This document shows positions 35,001-39,211 of a stretch of 64,000 nt of DNA, piece after piece. The DNA is taken from contig JAFYWN010000014.1 of NCBI GenBank assembly GCA_017558005.1, positions 17,902 to 81,901 on the forward strand, written 5' to 3'. The notes below the pieces were generated by a model that was not told where the DNA came from, ran no database searches, and worked only from the letters and a program-made list of their open reading frames with translations. Each line of letters begins with the position of its first letter. The stretch's first letter is position 1. The translations under genes and the position numbers were made by a program. This DNA is from Kiritimatiellia bacterium (GTDB taxonomy: Bacteria > Verrucomicrobiota > Kiritimatiellia > RFP12 > DVOR01).

Positions 35001-36494
35001 ACGAAGAATGCGCGCTCGGTGGACTTGGGTTATAAGACCGATGTCAATCAGTACACCTTTAAGGTGGATCGTCACCCTGTGACGGCATACTTCCGTGACC
35101 AGGATGATGTTGATTTGGGTGCAGATGGCGTGAATGCCTCTCAGACGCCAATCAACTTCAACGACCTCTACTACAAGTGGCAGGGTCTTGCGATTGGTAA
35201 GCAGATGGACTGGGATGTGGACACCGTGGATGCTGACGGCAACCATGTGGACGAACACGTCTTGGCGAACTTCGTCTCTGTGGATGCAGAAACGAAGCAG
35301 CCCAAGATTGTGACCGTGACCTTGGACTCCGTGTCGGATGAAGCCATCAATCTCACCTTGCCTGAATCTGCTCTCAAGAAGCAGGTGACGCATGGTGACG
35401 ATAACGAAGGTAATCCGATTTGGGAAGAAGTTAACATGCTCGGTGCTGAGCAGCTCATCGTGGGCGACAAGGTCACCGTGGATTATAATGGTAATCCTTT
35501 GACGTTGGCTCCTGCACTTAATGCGGCTTCGGCAGAAACCTCGGGTGTGATTCGTGCACAGGGCTTCACGGTTGATACTTGGCGTGCGAACCTCTCGGTG
35601 ACGGGCGGTGCGCTCGCTGGTGTGGGCAAGATTAGCGGTAAGGTGACCTTTGAAGCAGGTGCGTCCTTGGACGCTTCTGCCACGACTGTAGGTAGCTGCC
35701 TCTCCGCAAAGGATGCCGACCTCACGAACCTCAAGGCGATTACGGTGAATGTTGATGCTGCAGCTGGTAAGACGCTGAAGGTGCTTGATTTGCCTGCAGG
35801 TCACACCGCAAAGTCGCTTGAAGGCTGCACGGTGACGGCTGTTAATGGCGAAGGCGAAACCGTGGCCACTTGGACTGAATCGGGTGCTACGAATCCGACA
35901 CTCGTGGTTGTCCGCGCAGATGGTCTCTATGTGACAGGTCGCCCTGTCGTGAAGGCTGGCGAGACTGAAGTCACGAATAATGACCTCACGCTTCCGCTCG
36001 CACGTCGCGCCGCAGAACTCAGCGCTACATCGGTAAGCCTCACGGGTGTGGTGAACATGGCAGGTAAAGAAGTGGATGCATCTGTGGCTGATGCTGCAGA
36101 AGTCTTCACGAATGTCGCCTTCGATATGACCGAAACGCCTGTGAATGGTGTCGTCACCGCTAAGCTCAAGTATGACTTCGGTGTCAGCCAGATCAATGTC
36201 GTGACGATTGATAGTATTCAGTATGTCGTGGCAGAGTTGATTGTCTCGAATCATACGGACCTTGGCCAGAATACTGCGGCGTATGCTGCGGATACCACGA
36301 TTGATGTGACCGTGAAGGTGGGTAATCAGAGCGTGGTCGCCGATAAGGATATTGTCGAGGCCGCTGATATGACGGGTGCAGAAGTCGCGCCTGCGGCAGA
36401 GCTCCCGGCCTCGACGCGCTACGTCCGCTTCCCGATGCCGAGTGGTAACGGCACCTTTGAGATTAAGGCGCGCGCCGCAAAGAGTGCTCAGTAG
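23091..36494 (+). CDS. giant secreted repeat protein 2 (4,467 aa): signal peptide, PATR-like beta-strand repeats, SGNH hydrolase domain, LamG-like domains, conserved C-terminal domain
   Basis: The signal peptide MSKFFKSLLLLLSAGLFVVTGWA closely resembles that of giant gene 1. PATR-like motifs are LTGANTYDGATTVAFGAKLVAN and FSGANTYTGGTEVAANALLMVN. The LamG tail is MEYLRIYDQILPESVW. The C-terminal roughly 110 aa are homologous to giant protein 1. Confidence 0.9.
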   Translation: MSKFFKSLLLLLSAGLFVVTGWAVTLINPNPTASFTDFSTIPAGTTTEAKTLTNNGVTLTLPVGITKNDDGSIYLNNKSGAKVTLSAETQTIAVVLDLVEAPVAPTNPGNTSYTLLVNFDSGTDIAAAYTGSGIRGAWGGSLNGRTAEKAWTAEATKVLAATSSTGGTTIRVKDNTDANKWNEGGLKARGNRYQVIDIGPTLTLKGIYVYDTYQDDIPSFTEVSAYERTIEGGANWAATDAWATGVTNPEAGTSAMLNVTGDATLMMNEASNALNYIEIKGSGSLTITGSNTLTAASTIVKANTIVETSASLGAVTLENDATLTVKSLNAFTSIAGEGTLALDLGDEADVEYTGNFPTTVKLSLLSGSLTYKHNSAHRAIKALNIAEEATFADVADYKYNLTINDKFSGAGTYLVKVPTNSSQTDGWRYLFVNGDAAEFTGNVKLQIQHNANQNQNGGAPYRTGVRLTGTAFGGTVTAEATGDGVTDADLAYAHLDIDESLTMTKAQSFAGKIDVASGKTLTAANGVTLTNAGKLEGTGTIAAPLNYSSTAETTFGGVISGEGTLTVSKGVLTLTGANTYDGATTVAFGAKLVANTTGAATWDYNDHDANIVVNGEVELTSTNECYRGFEGAGKITVKGSVILGNTGDSGYLSGLCAFTGTLVVEANNTLTLKTWGQQHKTTLAALEAYGNIEMSRNGGTPSTVDIETAQLKGVGIINVSSLKLTDNATIDVTAGAVTATTTATLPNAFTVKISAEQDAIGVVTVMTSPNVVITDKIATVLIGKDEAEYTLHADAATVWVEKAGVELLETVEVTFTEGGTLVLSDALDGKALAPSATLEINFGNKGENEPNPGIFEFDCDAAFAQITITGTNGGTITKTGTVTVTASSTTIDADTTVNAGAANLGTVTINAEKTLTVKEDWTNVATNVPTTATNLGKIRFEGGSAETPIVFSMGDAANGNPGALVMAPGAYVKLMSSHVGSASGNKVYNITGETGGAKPNVYLYGSKGWGMSENSVVRDVKLIVPSANNNDFWLRPGATDATVDLELQGRKLTGDSGNGAIVLGDFVTNAEVVANGKSLSVQTGRISGTAGFDSAIAVDNSGAGSFTVARTYGAALTINSNGSVTVAEGGSLTGTVSVTGTLTYATNATPTNTITNNGTITADTATVDLTGATISGNGTYGVTNNGTLILKAGTENGASVTSGTLKLLLSEEDLVKGYTANVADGTKVTFVVAGDTDGDGDGYDTVTEGVDGNEYAAPMNVWTPSEDATWANIANWSNEALPGETDNVEIQITEDTELELTSDVTVAALRVVGSGTLTITGGKLTATFIDAETAINAGDTTLALVPMTISENVSVTYNTTVDAAMPAVTGLGDFVKTGAAKLTLDNATACEATIDVTGGTLELSGNPGSAWTYAYSGVYRFIARESTTIDIANAFIDMPSTESEITLKGGALLNIKNGNTWENRRSIGAKILIEESSAGKPAIIKGSTNGDYSKLTGGITGSGVLEIQGNGNTFAITGAIKDQENAQLAVKINTANGVTFSGANTYTGGTEVAANALLMVNTFGNLGNSGTINVQGKLQFSNSSNSGTNNQDANAWARLQGSGTIQFENASGNNWYAIRSIATTLDVVNNNRDPNTQDTDDHGGLVVTHDATIGTLSGEGWFRSDLNNSNRTLTIVQSKASEFSGYFKSYANSGGRKLNVLVQSNDATPKTLTLSGNSIHGANDADVNTLTIDTTGSVCLTGSWQGNLTNNGIISGRGTITGTLTFGNAAMLDVSTGEILTANTLADLPAELTVKVANALEVGGALDIMTTMATPNTASTTVTVKVGKEAVKGIYSLVATGTTLQLVRGEDSLMGSVYLADSNAALTEKVDSGKMGDGDQWGVQIDMDAANPYGPGWQATQALKTFSVVRAKNDVSQSWENITVSIVDIEDTTTVLATSEVGVEETDYILTYSGGGTEGRKLLTFTFATAVNLDASKTYQFRFNEARKIRMIHIQSISDGAKNTSAINVLNSNFVVEKATEYTPIVELGVEIPALVINASAVPVDVAEVPTTLALDTASFMGGYGTTYTVLNYTGEGDANWQGMTYYGLPEGAEVFTTDKTWGFTMKMIRVLPIGDSITAGLVTYHNSSANWHVAGGYRLPLYQYMTQAYGEGKVKYLGTSTYPTSVTGDSSQNSYEDRDIDSVTLTEAGQLNHEGHSGATLDGNNCQMYDRFKNQKVLDIIAEQGAPDVITLHLGTNDFGMGSDTVDTAKADMKKLLFLLNGSGTGEAGDTPLYPNATIFVAKIIPRSGDITTNKLKPFNEWLTTYVEELNSDKLVLVDLNMACNYGLLRHDGLHPSTEGYSRMAQNWFVNIEAALPPMGADASIASVDARVANTLKVTTNKAINAALTQTWTLDKDATVTAAKIADDKRTVILTVEGVVANTEYTLTATNLFAADDSVTKTFSTTADIHTPKTDVVESDRAGAVNTAGVLKAAEWTTFAGFATGYTSPIGYMPESGRPWQLDVRGTNVPTVTDGVLSLNGAPLTVNFKDGHIGTTKSVRTTVMEVSNLSAGDVLFTETGNGNELNKITVEDADTLTWNSGSVETIELAGYGINLTDDIPEVITETFAAIGGGYNCKLTVNGIEVATSNWVSSGEWVNGNWTIGANSTATAGSTTMKLYRLSFYEGAATVVVPNFAIINVGEEAGQYTSWKAAQTALGFEDAMTAVTINFTAADQTFTFDNAEAVTIDAVTVQGTAGGTIAKADGAGTVTATNLAINTSVKMNDDAMALTGDVAIAADCVLTYNVGDGMTVNATHSGAGSIAVTSAGVYGSTGLTVTKTCGVNVSVSDYAVYVADVEPGNTNSESMTKAFANNTTVTVAEQGVLSLKQGISFNTINSAGTVRVDGTYTLGFGQGENEGSLTTAHLIVNTNNTLKVKAFRAIDMVATGTICVYGSIVKDENGSATPNLKVTAASTLSIWGTDGAISLPVIFEDGATIYKAAIRYAPVDDSITLGAAVTLPAQLAITLPNDGMPTEETPAVLLKTTAFVGNEGVHTATLNVNGRITDEYVLYKTAEAVELRYAPWTIVTSATASGDVNTWSEVLADMEAKRQRFDTTANPSLVIDFGSGNEPGTFTFDMGEGDPLDGNAVFTLGTVTIQGSAGGTVAKTGSANISANATKVNTNVEIAQNTMELGTTTLAAGCTLTVNDAAALGTDAGRLTATATSTVRVVGVNNNSVNLGNWVSNASNLTLNNVKAYLYDCTIGTLTLEGDFQMNNGTTNKKKTQCVTVNTLAGTGTFIGHQSSEVCIAVNVKSWTNFTGSIDLSNEKSKNTIFFFGTAPQRFIDAASNAYDADDAQEYFANDYGTVYVTVGNTVATAATSTWKLQKLVVETNAAFQINGWATIATSCTGAVTVENGGVLDLRTLTDAQLEVINVTVKAGGRLLVNTGATVPAIIVFETGSILGVATKHVEDVGNATLTVNVDGTAATVPTIKGYHMDGVTELDNWKKNDQTSSEGEFKFNFDPVFDGELCWWAYEFDNEVNTSPESNLGPISTGRDKGRMNFDGRGDSNRVCQDNEYVDHGDGTKAIRVASSPWRNVDGGYPTAFTAAMYGTLTENRNRIIMGFGSSYNQKYTIALVTGASTDEVRLVLQKGWNENNTDYPEDAVITLATTTVPNAVTENHLFAFSYEQFDSDADKTLDSTRIIFYVDGEKYQPFTAKAIIPLGNGFQMGSIHGGWHNSLTRMNGDDVNCTMEYLRIYDQILPESVWTAMSNEYSYMSKNGRATRTIVEGQDTTWNEGTEWTQIRAVKDGNGGYVLDAEGHVTFDNGTDVEKPDHGENVGTQVVLNVDGANTLFLNEFYSSPIQEGEVSKLYYERLEINPVEGGDEDSLTLWAGRLNPEIEEEDSLKNSQSAVITVQGYTKINTNVTMAHNVAFLSGPVAVAEGKTLTFDFSGFDVMKVPSMPTEYRLTGFLDEVTRDRVKHNFRDDDLTKNARSVDLGYKTDVNQYTFKVDRHPVTAYFRDQDDVDLGADGVNASQTPINFNDLYYKWQGLAIGKQMDWDVDTVDADGNHVDEHVLANFVSVDAETKQPKIVTVTLDSVSDEAINLTLPESALKKQVTHGDDNEGNPIWEEVNMLGAEQLIVGDKVTVDYNGNPLTLAPALNAASAETSGVIRAQGFTVDTWRANLSVTGGALAGVGKISGKVTFEAGASLDASATTVGSCLSAKDADLTNLKAITVNVDAAAGKTLKVLDLPAGHTAKSLEGCTVTAVNGEGETVATWTESGATNPTLVVVRADGLYVTGRPVVKAGETEVTNNDLTLPLARRAAELSATSVSLTGVVNMAGKEVDASVADAAEVFTNVAFDMTETPVNGVVTAKLKYDFGVSQINVVTIDSIQYVVAELIVSNHTDLGQNTAAYAADTTIDVTVKVGNQSVVADKDIVEAADMTGAEVAPAAELPASTRYVRFPMPSGNGTFEIKARAAKSAQ
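29410..30150 (+). other. SGNH/GDSL hydrolase domain embedded in giant protein 2
   Basis: All four SGNH blocks appear in order: block I IGDSITAG, block II HEGHSGATLDG, block III LHLGTNDF, block V HDGLHPSTEGY (D-x-x-H). Confidence 0.7.
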
Positions 36495-36522
36495 CAGTAA
36501 GCTGATGAGGCATCTTTAAAAA

Positions 36523-36557
36523 AGCGCGGTGGCAGTGATGTCACCGCGTTCTTTTTT
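36523..36557 (+). terminator. rho-independent terminator after giant gene 2
   Basis: A 12-bp stem AGCGCGGTGGCA-gtga-TGTCACCGCGTT followed by CTTTTTT. It resembles the giant gene 1 terminator. Confidence 0.7.
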
Positions 36558-36560
36558 AGG

Positions 36561-36782
36561 CGGCGTGACACGCTGCGCGTGAATGAGCCAGCCTGTGGCT
36601 GGAGGAGGGGGAGGAAGGAGGGCACGCGGTGCGTGAATGAGCCGCTACGCGGGGGATGCGGGGAAGGGGGACACCGCGCGTGAATGAGCCAGCCTGTGGC
36701 TGGAGGAGGGGGAGGAAGGAGACTCGCCCTGACGGGCGAATGAGCCAGCCTGCGGCTGGAGGAGGGGAAGGAGGGGGGGGAG
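36561..36782. repeat. REP-B array upstream of RAYT-like gene 2 (4 GAATGAGCC units)
   Basis: Two unit types alternate at about 50 bp spacing: CGC(G/C)...GAATGAGCCAGCCTGyGGCTGGAGGAGG (hairpin CCAGCC-nnn-GGCTGG) and GTGCGTGAATGAGCCGCTACGCGGGGG. The array ends in a G8 tract at 36773-36780. Confidence 0.85.
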
Positions 36783-36808
36783 ATGCTTACACGCGGAGCG
36801 TGGTTCAT

Positions 36809-36838
36809 TTGTCACGATGTGACAGGGTGTGTTAGAAT
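36809..36838 (+). promoter_or_regulatory. sigma70-like promoter of RAYT-like gene 2 (TTGTCA-18-TAGAAT) with overlapping palindrome
   Basis: The -35 is at 36809-36814 and the -10 at 36833-36838. A perfect inverted repeat TGTCAC-gat-GTGACA at 36810-36824 overlaps the -35. The ATG at 36846 is 7 nt after the -10. Confidence 0.4.
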
Positions 36839-36845
36839 AGTCCTT

Positions 36846-37817
36846 ATGGAGCAGAGTGATTTAGAGAAAAAGCGAGCATTTACGCTACGGTATTCACGGC
36901 GATTTGTCTTAGTGATTCCGGAGGGTGCGTCGCTGTATGATTCGGGGCTTTATTGGTGTACGGCGGTGACTAAGGGGCGGCGAGGTGTCTTTGCCGAGTT
37001 GGTGAAGGGGAGGCTATTGAATACAGACTTGGGGCGTTTTGCGTGGGAGCGTGCAGAGCAAATCGCGCCAGGAAATGTGCAGGTGGTGGCACGTGCGGTA
37101 ATGCCAGATCATTTGCATCTGTGTTTGGCGATTAAGGGGCGGTTGCCACATGTGGTGACGACGTTGATTGATCGGTGGTTGAGGAGTTTGGAGGAGGAGG
37201 CACATCGGAGTGGTGTTTTGCCTGAAGAGGATCGATTATGGGAGGATAAGTGTGTGTGGTTAATGCGGGTGATTACACGGCGGCGTTTTGAGCATTGTAT
37301 CGCGTATACAAAGGGAAATCGGCTGTCGTGGGTAGAGCGTCATGCGCATCCAGAGATGTTTCGGTATTATGAGCATGTGGAGCACCCGCTATTACCTGAA
37401 GGATATGTGTGGCAGGGATATGGGAATTTACGCCTTTTGGATGAGCCAGTGAAGGTGGCGGTCTCTTTGCATCGGCATGAGGTGCCGGGGACAGAGGCGT
37501 ATGTGCAGTTACGTGAGTGGGCGATGAATGCGGCGCGGACGGGTGGTGTTTTAGTGGGTGGATTTATTTCTCCGGCAGAGCAGCGGCTCTTAAAGGAGGT
37601 GAAGGCAGCAGTAGGGAATGTAAAGGTGGTCGTAATGGATGCACGTCCACTGAAGGATTTTAAGCCGAAGGCGGTTGTGAGCGCACATTATACTGAGGGG
37701 CGCGTGCTTCGGCTTTCGGTGTGGGAGTCGCCACTATTGCCGAATGAGCAGCGCCACCGTTTTCTTAAAAATAATGAGCTCGCACATCTAATCGCAGAGG
37801 TGGGGTGTGCGCCCTGA
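36846..37817 (+). CDS. RAYT-like HUH/Y1 transposase-fold protein 2 with the same extra C-terminal domain
   Basis: It has the HUH motif MPDHLHLCL and a degenerate Y-motif CIAYTKGNRL. Its C-terminal GGVLVGGFISPAEQRLLKEVKA is homologous to GGVPVCGFISPAERVFEARLKA of gene 1. REP-B arrays flank it, and its stop codon lies inside the REP hairpin CGCCCTGACGGGCG. Confidence 0.65.
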   Translation: MEQSDLEKKRAFTLRYSRRFVLVIPEGASLYDSGLYWCTAVTKGRRGVFAELVKGRLLNTDLGRFAWERAEQIAPGNVQVVARAVMPDHLHLCLAIKGRLPHVVTTLIDRWLRSLEEEAHRSGVLPEEDRLWEDKCVWLMRVITRRRFEHCIAYTKGNRLSWVERHAHPEMFRYYEHVEHPLLPEGYVWQGYGNLRLLDEPVKVAVSLHRHEVPGTEAYVQLREWAMNAARTGGVLVGGFISPAEQRLLKEVKAAVGNVKVVVMDARPLKDFKPKAVVSAHYTEGRVLRLSVWESPLLPNEQRHRFLKNNELAHLIAEVGCAP

Positions 37818-38165
37818 CGGGCGAATGGGCCAGCCTACGGCTGGAGGAAGCGGAGGAAGGGACACGCTACGCGTGAATGAGCCGCTACGCGGGGGAAGCG
37901 GGGAAGGGAGACTCGCCCTGACGGGCGAATGGGCCAGCCTACGGCTGGAGGAAGCGGAGGAAGGGACACGCTACGCGTGAATGAGCCGCTACGCGGGGGA
38001 AGCGGGGGAAGGGAGCACGCCCTGACGGGCGAATGAGCCAGCCTGCGGCAGGAGAAAGCGGAGGAAGGGACACGCTGCGCGTGAATGAGCCGCTACGCGG
38101 GGGAAGCGGGGGAAGGGAGCACGCCCTGACGGGCGAATGAGCCAGCCTGCCGTACCACGCTTATG
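37812..38165. repeat. REP-B array downstream of RAYT-like gene 2 (7 GAATG(A/G)GCC units, about 52 bp spacing)
   Basis: GAATGrGCC recurs at about 37821, 37875, 37928, 37979, 38030, 38083 and 38135. Units alternate between CGCCCTGACGGGCGAATGrGCCAGCCTrCGGCTGGAGGAAGCGGAGGAAGGGACA and CGCTACGCGTGAATGAGCCGCTACGCGGGGGAAGCGGGGAAGGGAG. Confidence 0.85.
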
Positions 38166-38266
38166 CAAGGGGGTGGCGTGCTAAGAAAAGGTCTTTCTGC
38201 TTCTCCTACTTTACAGAGGGGCGGGTTTATGGTATCGTTATAGACGAAGTAAGTGGAGTATTTCCT

Positions 38267-39205
38267 ATGGCAGAGACAAAACAGCCGCTTTATTTGAGTT
38301 CGTTTTTCAATGAGTCTGATATTATCATTGAACAGACGGTTCCTTCGAATTTTAATCTGATTCATCGTTTGACCAGTTTATTGGTGGAGCGTCATCTTCC
38401 CGGGACGAATGTAGAGTCCATCGTGGATATGGTGTTGCGTCGTGAGCGCGTGGCACACACGATTGTTGGGGATGGGGTGATGTTGCCGCATGCGCGCATT
38501 GAGGGTTTGGCGCGGCCGTATTTGGCATTGGGGATTTATCCGGCGGGGATTCCGTCACCAGAGAGTTCGGTGCCGGTGAAGTTGGTTTTCCTCTTATTGG
38601 TGCCGGAGAAGGAGCCGGCGCGTTATTTGCAGATTTTGCGCGCGATTGCGAATTTGCTGCGTGATGCATGTGCAGTGGAGCGTTTGGCGATGTTGGAATC
38701 GCCAGAGGCGGTGATGCAGGCATTGCGTCGGAGCGAGTTGAAATTGCCGGACTACATCTGCGCAGGTGATTTGATGGAGTCAAAGGTGGAGTCGCTGCAT
38801 ATGGGCTCGCCTTTGTCGGAAGCATTTGATGCGTTTATGTTGCGCGGGATCCAGGAGTTGCCGATTGTGGATGAAGAGGGGCACTTGGTGGGCGCGATTG
38901 ATACGCGTGCGCTCTTGGGGAGTTTTATTCCCACGGGGCTGCGTAAGCTTTTCCCGAAGATGCAGGGTAATTTGACGGATACGATGGAGGCGCTTTCGGA
39001 ACGCTTGCGCGAGACTTCTCGTATTCGTGTGTGCGAGGCGATGAATGACAATATTTGCACGTGCCAGGTGGATACGCCAGCGCGTGAGATCGCCGCGGAC
39101 CTTGCTGAAAATAATGCAACGGTGTCCTATGTGCTCGATGCGGAACGTCATTTGATTGGCGCGATTCCGTTGAGCCTCTTCTTCCGTCGCATTCTCAAAG
39201 ACTAA
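38267..39205 (+). CDS. PTS EIIA(type 2, PtsN-like) domain fused to a CBS-domain pair (regulatory protein)
   Basis: The N-terminal half has the EIIA-2 pattern with the conserved His context GDGVMLPHARIEG and VKLVFLLLVPE. The C-terminal half has two CBS-like repeats (ELPIVDEEGHLVGAIDTRALL and VSYVLDAERHLIGAIPL). Confidence 0.75.
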   Translation: MAETKQPLYLSSFFNESDIIIEQTVPSNFNLIHRLTSLLVERHLPGTNVESIVDMVLRRERVAHTIVGDGVMLPHARIEGLARPYLALGIYPAGIPSPESSVPVKLVFLLLVPEKEPARYLQILRAIANLLRDACAVERLAMLESPEAVMQALRRSELKLPDYICAGDLMESKVESLHMGSPLSEAFDAFMLRGIQELPIVDEEGHLVGAIDTRALLGSFIPTGLRKLFPKMQGNLTDTMEALSERLRETSRIRVCEAMNDNICTCQVDTPAREIAADLAENNATVSYVLDAERHLIGAIPLSLFFRRILKD

Positions 39206-39211
39206 TCGCCA

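Noticed and set aside
33288-36254. Very long minus-strand ORFs: 988 aa here, plus 20428-22446, 29355-30689, 31758-33053, 45608-46888, 49591-50967, 60804-62558, 6496-7647 and 7457-8644.
   Set aside because: Each lies entirely antisense to a plus-strand gene with strong homology or motif support. Their translations are low-complexity and Arg/His/Cys-rich with no recognisable motifs. Such shadow ORFs are expected where sense-strand codon bias depletes the reverse complements of stop codons.
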